Shown here: piece after piece, positions 12,595 through 26,100 of the stretch
Layout of the letters: each line of letters starts with the position of its first letter
Numbering within the stretch: position 1 is the first letter of the stretch
Assembly: GCA_973851085.1 (NCBI GenBank)
Contig: OZ316776.1
Span: forward strand, 5,518,001-5,582,000
Origin: Ptychomitrium polyphyllum
Lineage: Eukaryota
Direction: 5' to 3'
DNA length: 64,000 nt
Translations under genes and position numbers: made by a program
Notes under the pieces: model-generated
Database searches by the model: none
The model's input: only the letters and a program-made list of their open reading frames with translations
Told to the model about the DNA's origin: nothing

Positions 12595-13596
12595 GGCTAC
12601 TCCGCAATGGGTGGCTCAATGGTGCCAAAGGCTCAGTGGCGCCATCGCGTGGTGCTCGTGCTGCTCTTGCTGCATCAGAGGATGGCACGGCAGCCAAAGA
12701 GCCTGCCTGGGTTCCGTCAGCATGAGCTTGTCGCCATAGCCGCAGCCGCAGCGATGGTCTCGCCATAGCCACGCCGCGCGTCGCTCTGCCCTGCATGGCG
12801 GGAACTCCCACCGAAATAAGCGCGGCAGCTGAGTCAGCATGCCACTGTGTCCGGTGGCGGGGACGAGGCCCTCCCACGCTGCAGCTACCGCTAGCTGGAA
12901 GGAAATGAATTCCATTGCCACCGTGGCTCTCTGCCACGAAGCGAGTGAACAGGTTGGACACTCCCCTGGGAATTTCATTCCGTCTTCTGGATACTCTAGA
13001 GGCGCTTTCGCCTGTTGAACTGCAGCATTGTCTCTTTTTTGCTTGCCATGTTATAGATTTTAAATAAAAACCTATGCTTCAAAAGCATATGAGACTCATG
13101 ATTGTCAACTCTTTGGTCTTTTTCTAGTATGAAAGACATTTTCGTGTAAAGACCTGTGAATACTCTTTCTTTTTTATGCCATGTTGAAGACTTCCTCTTA
13201 TGTAAAAGAATTCCAAGCCCACAATGAGGTTTAGGAAAATTTGCAAACTTCCTCTAGGAAGTTTGTTTTTTTTAATTTATTGTTTCCTTGTTTTTCTTTC
13301 AAGATAATGTGGAGTTTTAGGCTTGAATTACATCCAATCATTGTTGCCACTCCATAAACATCCTTTCATGTAGTTGTATCTTATTCATTTGTGCATTTGA
13401 AGTCATGTGGTTATATCAGTTCTAATACTGTTGGCTTTGTTAGCTCTAGTATTGTTGGCTTCAATTCAAATGAATTTTAGTTCCACATGAAATAAGCTAT
13501 TAACTCTTGAAGGATCCAAATGACAAAATTACATTTTAGCCACTTGAATTGAATAGTTGACAATGTTCTTTTAAAAAAACAATATTAAGTTGGATG

Positions 13597-13640
13597 TACT
13601 TGTAGCTTCAAAGATACTTGTAGCTTTAAAGATGCTTGTA
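13597..13640. repeat. 18-bp tandem repeat (TACTTGTAGCTTYAAAGA) x2.4
   Basis: Direct inspection. Confidence 0.8.
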
Positions 13641-13839
13641 ATGTCTATATTGATAAAACCCTTCACTTATGGTAGGCCAAGAAGCTAAAGTCCATTTGGT
13701 AACAAATCTTATAATAAGTTTGATTGACTTAGAAACATAATATAATAATGGGAATAATGTTAGAAATCTTTATGAGTTCTAGTATATAAGGAGATTGTGG
13801 CCAAACACAAAGTAGGGAAAGAATCATTTGTCAACCTTG

Positions 13840-14361
13840 TATTAGGGACATAAGAACCAAGAGGCAGAAACGAAGTGTTTTCCAAGACTTAGCTACCAAA
13901 GAATTCATGATTAACAAGAACTTGATACTAAAACTAGAACAAGGCAGGATTCAAGACAATCTACAACTTGTGTTGGCAAGACTAAGAAATACCTTGTCTT
14001 GCCTCCTATTTATACTATGACGTTTATATCTCCTAGAATACCTCTAAAGAAGCTTCCTACAAGGCTTATGAATGTTCAGGAAGTTTAAAGAACCTTCCCA
14101 AGAAATTTTTTAGGATGTTGGAACCTTCCTAAGAAGTTTTCTAAGGTGATGGAATCTTCATAAGAAGATTCCTTAGAAATTACCTAAGATGATAGAACCT
14201 TCCTAGGGAGTTTCATAAGATGGAGGAACTTTCTTAGGAAGCTTCCTAAGAACATGGAAAGGCTATGGAGACATTTAAAAGTATTCTAAGAAGCTATTAT
14301 AGTATATTAGAAGGTTCTAGAATGTTCTAAGGACTATGTTGTATAATCTATGTCCGTAACA
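13840..14361 (-). repeat. Family 1 LTR (3' LTR of the outer element), 522 bp
   Basis: T(A)TTAGGGACA...TGTCCGTAACA, homologous to the four other family 1 LTRs. Confidence 0.93.
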
Positions 14362-14732
14362 TCACCTCCCCATTTAGCGACGACTTCCATGAGAAGCTCT
14401 TTTCTTAGTTTGTTTGTCACATTTCTACAAATTCCAAAATTCGTCAAAGGAGTGAAGCAACATACTCTGCTCGTTGTTCTTTCTTCACTAGTCCTTGCAA
14501 GAAGCACCAATGATCACCTGCTAAGATTTTAGTTGTTGAAATATTCCATCCCAAGATCTAATCTTGATTAAGTCCTTCAAAATATCCTCCAAACAAGATC
14601 TTGGATCTTCCGGGAGTGACTCTTTCAATTTCTAATAGGATGACTAGAGCGCTAGCATCTAAATCAAGACTGGAATGTGAGGGGCAATTAGTCAATACTT
14701 TTGTACGAGGTTGTACTTGACGTTGGAATATC

Positions 14733-15303
14733 TGTTAGGGACACAAGAAACAAGAAGCAGAAACGAAGTGTTTCCCAAGAATTAGCTTCCAAAGAGCTAA
14801 TGATTAACAAGAACTTGATATAAAGACTAGAACAAAGTAGGATTGAAGACGATCCACAACTTGTGTTGGCAAGACTAAGGAATACCTTGTCTTGCCTCCT
14901 ATTTATACTATGACGTTGTATCTCCTAGGATACTTCTAAAGAAGCTTCCTACAAGGCTTAAGAATGTTCTGGAAGTCTAGGAAACCTTCTCAAGGAATTT
15001 CCTAAGATGTTGGAACCTTCCTAAGAAGCTTCCAAAGAGTTGGAACCTTCCTTGGAAGTTTCCTAAGATAATGGAATCTTCTTAGGAAGTTTCCTAAAGA
15101 GGTAGAACCTTCCTAGGAAGTTTCCTAAGGTGATGGAATCTTCGTAGGAAGTTTCCTAAGATGGAGGAACTTTCCTAGAAAGCTTCCTAAGAACATGGAA
15201 AAGACTATGGAGACATCTAAAAATATTCTAAGAAGCTATTATAGTATATTAGAAGGTTCTAGAATGTTCTAAGGACTATGTTGTATAATCTATGTCCGTA
15301 ATA
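14733..15303 (-). repeat. Family 1 LTR (extra internal 3' LTR), 571 bp
   Basis: TGTTAGGGACA...TGTCCGTAATA, followed by a second PPT and a second copy of the 3' internal region. Confidence 0.93.
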
Positions 15304-15357
15304 TCACCTCCCCATTTAGCGACAAGTTCCATGAGCAGCTTTTTCTTGGCTTGTTCA

Positions 15358-15957
15358 TCACATTTCTACAAATTTCAAAATTTTTAGTAGGAGTGAAGCA
15401 ACATATTTTGCTCGTTGTTCTTTATTCACTGGTTCAACTGGTCTTTGCAAGAAGCGTCGATGACCACCAGCCAAGACTTCTGTTGTTGAAATGTCCCATC
15501 CCAAGATCTGATCTTGATTAAGTCCTTCAAAACATCCTCCAAATAAGATTTTGGATACTCCAGGAGTGATTCTTCCAATTTCTAACAAGATGACTAGAGC
15601 GCGAGCATCTGAATCAAGTCTGGAATGTAAAGGGCGACTAGTCAATACTTCTGCACGAGGTCGTATTTGACGTTGGAATGTCTCTCCCATATTTTGACTT
15701 AGATCCTCCGTTATTGAGGGCTAAGAAAATTGAGTTGGCTCAACAAATGCTGTTGTTAATGAAGGCATGGCCGACTGCTCTTCACGCATATCCATGATAA
15801 CACGAAGATTTGACATACTGGTTACAATCTGGAAATGATCTATCTTGGAAATAATGCTACATACAATTGGACGTTTGGATATCTCTCTTCCCTTCTTATA
15901 CTTGTTTATGAAGGAAAAACTTCTCTGTGAAGCTAACAGTTGCTGATGACACATCAT
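15358..15957 (-). pseudogene. Family 1 extra 3' ORF (199 codons, one premature TAG), minus-strand copy
   Basis: Track ORFs 15721-16041 and 15358-15690 share a frame. The ATG at 15957 overlaps the pol TGA. Same length as the plus copy at 34440-35039. Confidence 0.65.
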
Positions 15958-18900
15958 CACTGACCTGGTTTCTGAGGATATCTTTGATGAAATTTGCATA
16001 CCTTCTCGGATGCATTTGTTACATTCGTTGAAGGTTCCCATGTTCGGTCATTGATGCCATATCCTTGCCAATGTATAAGGTACTCAACACGTCCGTTCTT
16101 GATACGTGAATCTAAGATCTCTTCGACTTCATATTTAATTTCATTATTGATTTCCAACGGAGGAGGCGGAGGAACAATTCTCTCTGATATACATGATTTG
16201 TTATAGGTTTCCAACAACGATACATGGAATATTGGATGAATTTGTATGCTTGGTGGTAGCTTTAGGCGATATATAACTGGGTTTATTTATTTGCTGATTT
16301 CAAACGGTCCCAACCTTTGATAGTCCAACTTTTTTGATGGTATTTTTGTTTGTGTATTTCGTTGTAGGAGACATACGCTATCTCCAACCTTGAACTTTCG
16401 ATGGTCCTTTCGATGGCAAACTGCATAAGTTTTGTAACGATTTTGAACTTGTTGTAACTAGAAAGTAATTTCTTGATGGATTGTAGCAAGTTGAATTGCA
16501 AAATCCTGTGCTGCAAAGCTTCCAACATGCTTCACTTGAAATGGATCTATTTGAGGATGATGTCCATAGTTTGCAAAGAATGGACTTTGAGTTGTTGAAG
16601 AATGCACCGTATTATTGTTAGAAAATTATGCCAAAGGCAAGAGATCCATCCAATTGTTTTGCTAGTAGTTTATGCTACAACAAAGGTACTGTTCCAAAAT
16701 TTGATTTATACGTTTGGTTTGGCCATCAGTTTGCGGATAGTGTGCTGAAGAAAGATTGATCTTTACACGCAACAGCTAGAATAGAGCCCTCCAAAAGTTG
16801 GAAATGAATTGCGGCCCTCGATCGAATACAATATCATCTAGTAGTCAATGTATGCGGTAGACGTGATTTAGGAACAACTTGGCAGTTTCTTCTTCCGTTA
16901 CCGTCTTGTTGCATATAATGAAATGTGCCATTTTGGTAAATCGATCTTCCACTACCAAAATAGAATTCTTAGAATTGGAATTTGGAAGGTCCGTGATAAA
17001 ATCCATTGATAAAGACAACCATGGGCCCTTTGGCATTGGAAGCAAATGGAGGATACCATGAGGTTGGTGTCTTGGTACCTTGGCTCTTGCACAAGTGTCG
17101 CATGATCAAATAAAGTCCTTTCCATACTTCCACATTTGTGACCATCAATAATCTCTAGCAATCAACTCCATTGTTTTATTGAATCCAAAATGTCCTGCTG
17201 CTGAAAAATCATGACGTGCTTGAAAGATCTTCAACCGCAAAGGGCCTGGAGGTAGGTACAAAAGTCCTTTATAATAAAGTAGGCCCTCTTGGAATTCAAA
17301 GTCCTCATTGTTATTTGAAGGATTTCCATTGTCTTTGAGGCACTTCTTTATATTTGAAACAAAGACGTCATTCTTTAAAGCATTCCGAATTTTGACAACA
17401 TGGAATGTTGACGTAATAATGGCTGATTTTAATTGAAGATTCTCAAGCTTTAATAAAATAGTCCTTTGTTGATTCAAAACATCATCTCTAGGTTGAGGAG
17501 CTAAATAAGATCTTCGAGATAAGGCATCTGACTTACCTTGCAAGCTACCAAATCGATAAGTAATGACAAAGTCAAATCTAGAAAGCGACATACTCCACCT
17601 TGCTTGACGGCGATTCAAAACGCGCGCACTCATGAAATACTCCAAGTTTTTGTGGTCTGTGTATATCGTGATGGTATATTGAGCTCCTTCCAATAAGTGT
17701 CGCCATTCTTCAAACGCATCCACAATTACAAGTAGTTCTTTATCATGTATATCATAGTTAATCTCTGCCGCTGAGAACTTCCTTGAACGAAAGGCAAGAG
17801 GGTGAAGTCTCCCGTCATCATCATATTGTGAGAATACTAAGCCAAGAGCAAAATCTGAAGCATCCGCTTCCAAATAAAAAGGCTTTGATGAATTTGGATG
17901 AATGAGGATTGGAACCTACGTGAATGACTTCTTAAGAATTTGAAATGCTTTTTCCGCCTCTTCATCCCAAATGAATTTTTGCTTCCCCGTAAGACGTATC
18001 AATGGTACCGCAATTCTTGAAATAATTCTTGATGAATATTCTATAGAAGTTTGCAAGTTCCAAGAAACATTGAACATCTCGAATTGATCTTGGTGTACTC
18101 CACTCCATGACAGTGCTTATTTTTTTCTTATCCATATGGATTCCTCCTTTGGAAATGATGTAGCCCAAAAATTCAACCAATGATTTACAGAAAAGGCACT
18201 TCTTCAATTTGGCATATAATCCTCGCTAACGTAGTTTTTTTAAGACCAGTTGCACATGACATTCGTGGTCTTGTTCATCTTTTGAATATATCAAAATATC
18301 ATCTAAGTAGATGATTATAAAATCATCTAGATGTTCATGGAAGATATCATTCATCATATGTTGGAAGACTGTGGAGGCATTAGTAAGGTCAAAAAGCATG
18401 ACATTGTATTCAAAATAACCGTACCTAGATCGAAAAGTTGTCTTCCATTTGTCTCCTTCTTTGATGCGTACAAGATTATAGGCTCCTCTAAGATCAATTT
18501 TGGTGAATATCTTTGCTTGGCCAAGTTGTTGTAGGTGTTGCTCACCTTGCCTAAAGGAGTGCCTACAACATTAAAGGCTTAAGGAGGACCCCGGAGTAAC
18601 ATTTAGGACTTGTGGCGCCTATAGTGAAGGGAACCGTGTGGGCCTAGCGTGGGAAGGACCCCTTGGAGGAGAAACATCTTTGCCCATGTAGATCGAGGGC
18701 CACGAGGGATAAATCATAGGCATTGAAAGAATCACAAAGAGTTGATTCAAGAATGTTAAAGATTTTTCAAATCGGACAAGGGAGCCAAAAGATATGGCAT
18801 CCCAAAGTTGGGGTTGCCAAAGGGCTGTTTTAGAATGTGGCAGCCTTACACAGTGACTGTATAAGACTGGGATAGTCCAAGGAGATACTCCCTGGGAGTC

Positions 18901-20620
18901 CTGAACCTTGGAAGTGGCGTATATTTCACAATACTAACTGAAATCGGACGTTTGAAGAATCTATTGGCATCTACGTAAAGAGTAGATGACGATAGATTGG
19001 TCACTCGATAGTTTTGGTCACCGGACGTGGAAGATATGGCTCCCTGAAGGTCCGCCGGGAGTTTTAGAGGCTTCATGCGGTTAAGTCCCAAGGGAGATTG
19101 GGTGGTCTTCCAAAACTTTGGGTGTGTTGGGGTTTAACCAGCTACAGAGGGCCAAGGGGCCTGCTGAGTCCCACAGAGAATACTATAGGGGAGGGCTGGT
19201 CCTCCTTCCCACTTCCGTAGAGTCCCGGTAGGAACCAAGGGTGAGTCCCGGTTGGTGGAGCTAGTGTTGGGGCTTCACCACGGAGAGTCCCACACCATTG
19301 TAAGCTGGTGGACGACCGGTTTCACAAAGGGAACTACTGAGATCAAGAGAGCACGCTTGTTATCACTAAATTGAGGTGGTGTCTTCACGTCAGCACCATG
19401 ATGGCTCGGGGTGATCTTAGGATCACATTGGAATTATAAGTGGTGGTGAGGAAACACCACTAAGTGCGGTTAAGTTGTATAGAATGGGAATAACATCAAG
19501 TGAGGCCTTGGACACGAATGGAAGTTTGTACCTAACCATTGGCTATCATTCAATTGGGTGTCTTGAGAGAAATGGTAGAGGGACATGGAGAGTGAGAATG
19601 GGGGTTAACCATGTACATGTGGGGATGTACAGGGTTGTCGCGCGTGACGCTTGCTAAGGTGCATTACAAGAGCTGCGACAGTAGGAATCCTGAGATTAAT
19701 AATAATGGATAGCGATTCTTTCTTGTTATTTTATTGAAGCCTCAATAGTCCACATACATACGTAGTGATTCATCTTTTTTCTTTACAAATAGAATAGATG
19801 CTCTAGTAGATGATTTAAAATAATGAATGAAACCTTTTCCGAGGTTTTTATCATTATATTCTCTCAAGGTTGTCAACTTGGTTTGTGATAAGATATAAAT
19901 AGGTCCAAAAGATGGTTGGGCTCCTTTTTGCAACTTAGTGGTGTAATTGTAAGGTCGGTGCTTTGGTAATATATCCGCATTAATTTTCTCAAAAACGTCT
20001 TTATAATCTTGATATTGAGGAGGTATATTTTGATTAGTCTCTATTATAGAGCTGGACATTGGTGTGGCATAGATGGCATAGATTGGTTCATCCTTTGTTC
20101 CTTCCATAAATAACTTAGCTCCAATAAATGCTGATCCAAGATTTCTTATACTATAATGTTTTTTTCTTCGAGACCACACTCCGTGAGCGCCAATCATTGT
20201 CTGGATAATGTAATTCAAACCAAGGAAGGCCCAAAACAATAGGATTTGTTTGGCATTGAATGATGTTGAAGACAATCTTAGATGCCTGGTCTCCTAAAAC
20301 AACCTCCAATGGTTGAGTTTCTTCAATAACATTGCCAGACGCAAGAGATCGTCCATCAATAACTTCAACAGGTGCGGGATATTTTTTCTTCACAAACACC
20401 ATGTGATATTTGGTTGCAAAATCCTTATCCATAAAACATGCAGTTGCACTAATGTTTAAGAAAGCCTCACTAATTATTTCATCATCTAACAATTTAATTT
20501 TGGTAGGAAATGTAAAACAAGGGTAGGGTTTGAAGGTAGTAAGAGACCTTGATTTAATAGTCGTTTCTTTGTGGTGTCCAGTTGCATGGTCCCTACTATG
20601 ACTAAACAGCCTCGTTTTTC
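15957..20620 (-). pseudogene. Family 1 pol (PR-RT-RNaseH-IN-chromodomain), degenerate and split by a solo LTR
   Basis: LRMYVDY, EADASDFALG, YTDHKNL, AGHFG, SMDFITDLP and the chromodomain [10 protein letters not shown]...YLIHWQGY...TWEP. Many stops and frameshifts. Confidence 0.93.
18536..19680 (+). mobile_element. Solo LTR of family 2 (1145 bp) inserted in the family 1 RT
   Basis: TG...CA ends and a perfect TSD GTAGG (18531-18535, 19681-19685). It is a reverse-complement homolog of the LTRs at 21244 and 27585. RT coding sequence resumes on both sides. Confidence 0.95.
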
Positions 20621-21243
20621 AACTCCACCATTGTGCTATGAGCCTTAAAGGTAGATCTTCTAATTTGGCAATCGTTCATTTTATATCCAGACTTGCCACA
20701 ATACAAACATAGGTTTTCTCTTTGACGCCTTTCTTTTTCTTCTGGAGTCAAACGTCTAAACTGGGCAGTATCAAATTGCAGAAATTATAATCTTTGTGGT
20801 CGGCTTTCCAATATTCTTGAAGAAGTGACAGACATACTTTGATGTACTGGTTGCCATTCCAAGCGTTGTTCTTAGCGCCTCTCAAACAGTCTGTTCTCAC
20901 ATGCTATTGCTTGAGTGATGAATTCATCCAATGTTTAAACTCTTGGCATTGTGAGTAACAAGTCCTTTACATTCTTCTTTAAGCCCCATCGGAATCGAAT
21001 GACTAAGGCTTTATTATTCTAATCAAGATTGCAAGCTAAGTGTTGAACCATTACAGTATATGTAGCAGCTGAGCGCTGTCCTTGTTGGAGACTCTAGATC
21101 TTTGTTTCAGCTACCCTCTCTCGGTCGGCGCCTCCAAAAGTAGATGTCAATGCTTTTATAAAAGCATCTAAATTCTCCAATACTAGTGAATGTTTCTCCA
21201 TTAGTGGTGCAAACCACAATACTGCATTGTTTGATAAAAGAGT

Positions 21244-22388
21244 TGTCGCAACCCTTGTAATGCACCTTAGCAAGCGTCACGTACGCCAATCCCGTATATC
21301 CCCACATGCACATGGTTAATCCCCATTCTCACTTTCCAAGTCTTTCTAACCATTTCTCTTAGGGCACCCAATTTATTAGTAGCCAATGCTTAGGTGCGGA
21401 CTTCCATTCATGTCCAAGGCCTCCTTGGTGTTACTCCCATTCCACACGGCCTAACCGCACTTAGTGGTGTCTCCTCACCACCACTCATGATGCCCATGTG
21501 ATCCTAATATCACTCCGGGCCATCATGGTGCTGGCGTGAAGACACCACTCTAACTTAGTGGTAACAAGCGTACCCTTTTGAACGTGCTAGTTCCCTCCGT
21601 GAAACCGGCCATCCACCGGCTCACAATGGTGTACGAGTCCCCGTGATAAAGCCCCAACACTAGCTCCACCAATCGGAACTCACCCTTGGTATCTACCGGG
21701 ACACTAGGGAAGTGGGGAGGGGGACCAGCCCTCCCTTATAGTACTCTCTGTGGGATTTGGCAGGCCCCCTGGCCCTCTGTAGCTGGCTGAACCCCGACAC
21801 ACCTAGAGTTTTGGAAGACCATCCGATCTCCCTTGAGACTTAGCCGCTGGAAGCCTCTCGGACTCCCAGCGGACTTTTAGAGAGCCATATCTTCTTCATC
21901 CAGTGCCCGAATGAATTGAACGACCACTCTATCGTCATCTACTATTTGCGTAGATGTCGATAGACTCCTCAAACGTCCGATTTGAGTTAATATTGTGGGA
22001 GATACGCCTCTCCTAAGGTTTGGGACTCCCGGGGAGTGCCTCCCTGGACTGTCCCACTCCAGTACAGTCACTGTGTAGGGCTGCCATAGTCCAGCATAGC
22101 CCCTTGGCAACCCCAACTTTGGGATGCCATAACTTTTAGCTCCCTTGTCCGATTTGGACAATCTTTAGCATTCTAGATTCAGCTCTTTGTGAATCCTCCA
22201 ATGCCCACCATTTATCTCTTGAGGCCCTTGGTTTACATGGGCAAGGATGTTTTTCCTCGAAGGGGTCTTTCCCACACTAGGCCCACTTGATTCCCCTCAC
22301 TATCGGCGCCACAAGTCCCGGACGTCAGTTCGGGGTCTCCTCTGTGCCCTTAGTGTTGCGGGTACTCCTCAAGGAGAGGTGCGCGACA
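21244..22388 (-). repeat. Family 2 3' LTR
   Basis: TGTCGCAACC...GCGCGACA, adjacent to the PPT. Confidence 0.95.
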
Positions 22389-23179
22389 CTCACCTCCACC
22401 TTAATGGAGTCGATGCCCTCATTGACTGTACTTGTAGTCGGCACACCAATTCCAAGGTTGCCATCCTCTAGTAGTGCAGCATTGTGTTTCATCTAGGGTG
22501 CGAACCCCCACAATGCACTCATAAGTCTTTGGCAAAGTCTCAAAGGTGTCGTTTTGGAGGTGGTATGTTTAGGCACCCTAGACAAAAATCTTTGGGGCCC
22601 TAAATTATTCCAGACCTACCCACTTTGAGACCCTCTTGGGATACACTCCCTAGTTAGGCTACACTGCCCTAACTCCTCCTCTCTGACTAGGCTGGACCTC
22701 AATGCTCCACCAAGTTGTCTTGGTTGCAAATCCAAGGTGGCTTTTATTCCACGACTCGATTGCACGGGGGTAATGCCAAGTTCCGCCCAACCTGGATCCC
22801 ACTATCTCTATTGAGACATGGGTTCATGGCTCCCATGCACTAACTATTATTAATTTGTAGGAGTGGCGCTTTTATGAGTACGCGCCATTACCTTGTACTC
22901 GCTCGGAAAAGCCCGAGGCTAAGAGTTTTCATGCTTTTAACCATTCCTCCTCTCAGCCTTGGTCCCCATTACTCGGCCTTCCCAACTTGGTTTCACATGT
23001 CTATTCCCCCTCTTCTACCAACATAGCACAAGCACAAGACTAGGACGTCATCTTATACTCTTCTCTTTGCACACATAAAAGTTGAATTTTATTGCCATAA
23101 GTCAAAGAACCAATACATGATGTGAAGAAGTTATAACTACAAGCCACTCTCCCCCTACTAAAAAAGATTGATGTCCTCA

Positions 23180-26100
23180 TCAATGCCGACGTTGTCTTTT
23201 GTTGGAGTTCCTATCCCTTTCAAAGCGTTCCACCACTTCATTGGCATTTTCCAAGTCCTTGGCTGCTACCCAAATTGCTTCCTTTTCATGGTACCCTCTC
23301 CACTTCACCAAATACTCTTTTCCTATTTTCTTGTAGTGTATACACTTGAAAATCCCTTCTACTTCATATTCCAAGTGGTTGCCCACTAATTCTGGCGATG
23401 GCCGAATCACTTGCCTGCGATTGGGCCACAAGGTATCTTTTTTGAATGGCTTAAGGAGTGAGACATGAAATGTTGGGTGCACTTTGATTTTGGGTGGTAG
23501 CTCCAACTTGTACACATCTTTAAACATCCGCTCCACAATGGAAAACGGCCTTGCAAATTTGGACATGAACTTTGGAGTGAGGTCTTCGGACAAGCTAAAG
23601 TTCTTCACATTCAACAAAACCTTTTGGCCTACTTCATACTCCACTTCACGTCTTCCGGCATTGACTTGTTTCTCGTACCGCTTTTGTGTCTTTTCCAACA
23701 AAAGCTTGGTCTTCTCCAACATCTGTTCCCGCTTTTTGGCCAAGTCTTCACCATCTTGGTTAAACTCTAGTATTGAATGTGCCCATTTGAAAGCTAAGTC
23801 GGCAGGCTGGAGTGGCTCCACTCCATAGGCCACCTTAAATGGCAACTGCTTTGTTGCCGAATGGTTGGCCGCATTGTAACTGAACTCCGCTAAGCTCACA
23901 TAATCCGCCCAATCGCACTGGTCCGTACTCACAAAGTTCCTCAAGTATTGGTTCAAGACTTTGTTTACTTGGTCCGTTTGCCCATCCGTTTGAGAATGGA
24001 AGGCAGTGCTAAACGTTAATTTGGTTCCAACTTTCCTAAAGAAATGTTTCCAAAAAACAATAATGAATTTTGGATCTCGGTCCAACACAATCACTCTTGG
24101 CAACCCGTGATGTTTCCATTATGCATTGAGGAATAGCTTTGCGTTCTCATGTGTAGCTACGGTTCCTCTAGTGGCCACCATGTGCGCCAACTTGCTAAAG
24201 CGATCCACCATCACAAAGATGGCATCATGCCCTTGCGATTTTGGAAGACTTGTAATGAAGTCAATGGACACGCTATGCCATGAACTCAGCGAAATTGGCA
24301 AAGGTTGTAGTAGACCGGCTTGCTTTTGGTAAGAGGCTCTATTGCATTGGCTCTTCACACGAGTTTTCACAAAGTCGGTGATGTCCGCTTTCATGCCCGG
24401 CCAATAGTACTTTCTTGACACCGCCGCTATAGTGGTTTTTTTCCCTCTATGGCCGGCTATGGAACTATCATGTTCTTCTTTCAAAACCAACAACCATAGT
24501 TTTCCTTGAGGCACATACACCCGACTTTGTTTATACTTGAGCAATCCCTTCTCCAACTTAATTTCCTTAAGTTTCTTACCCTTCTTAAGCTCGTCGAGAA
24601 GCCTTTGTGCTTCGGAGTCCTTCATGTACCCCTCTCTTATCTTCCTTTCCAAATTACCTTCTCCCTTGTACATTACTCGCAGGACTTGGGTTGTACCCAT
24701 CGCTTGCAATTCCTCCCGCCTACTTAGAGCATCCGGCACTACATTGTCACGCCCCGGTTTGTAGATCAAATCCACATTCATGAGTGCCAAGGTGTCGTGC
24801 CACCTCAATTATTTTGCACTCATTTGCGCTTGCGACTCAAAGTACTTCAAAGACACGTTGTCTGTGTAGACTTTGGTTTTATGTAGGCCCAAGTAGTGCC
24901 TCCATGTTTTCAAACAATGCACTACGGCAAAGAATTCCTTCCCGTGCGTAGGCCGCCTCTTTTGGCATCCATCCAACTTCTTGCTCTCATAGGCAATTGG
25001 CATGCCTTCTTGCATGAGCACTCCGCCAATGGCAAAGTCACTTGCATACGTGTGGACCTCAAAGGGCTTTTCAAACTCGGGAAACTTCAATACCGGCGGT
25101 TGTGACAACTTATCCTTGAGTTCTTGAAAAGCTTGGTGACAAAATCCATCCCATACTTGGCTAGCTCCTTTCTTCAATAAGTCGGACAAAGGTTTAGCAA
25201 TTTTGGAGAAGTTGTGTATGAACCTCCTATAATAATTTGCTAGGCCGAAAAATGATCTCAGCCCCTTTTGTGTAGAAGGTTGTTTCTACTCTCTAATTGC
25301 CTTTATCTTCCTTATGTCCGGCTAGATTCCATCATCCGTCACTATATAGCCCAAGAATTCAATCTCAAGTTGAGCAAACCCACTCTTTTCTCTTTTGGCA
25401 TAGCCTGACTTCAAGTCTATCCGACTAAAGTATTTAGCTCCTGCCAATCTATCAAAGAGATCATCAATCCGAAGCAAAGGATAGTTGTTCTTGATGGTGG
25501 CTTTATTCAAGGCTCTATAGTCGACACACATGCGGAGCTTACCATCTTTTTTGTCTACGAAGAGGACCGGTGCTCCATAGGTGACTTACTTGGCCTAACA
25601 TAGCCTCTTTCTAACAAGTCATTCAATTGCTTCTTCAACTCCTCTAGCTCTTTTTGGTTCAACCGGTATGGAGCCTTAAAAGGGGGCTCCGTTCCCGGTA
25701 TCACTTCAATTTTGTGATCCACTTCTCTTCTTGGCGGTAACTCTGCGGGCAGCTCATTGGTGAGCACATCCTTGTAACTACTTAGTACATTTTGAATGCA
25801 CTTGGAAATAGTCCTAACCTCTTTGGCACTTGGCCTATTCCCCTCTTCTTGTTCCATTCGCATCACAACCACAAATTGGTTGTTCACTAATTGTTCTAAG
25901 GAAACTAAGTTCAACTTGCCTCCCGCAACCATAGGAGTCCGAGTCAACTTCAATATTGCCTCCTTCCCACCACGGCGCACTACTAACCATGCTGGCTTTC
26001 GCTTCACATCCACCACATGAGTTTTGAAAAAGGTATTACCTAAAATGAGGTCTACCTCATCCATCTCACATAGTGTAAATCTTTCCTTCAACTCCAATGT

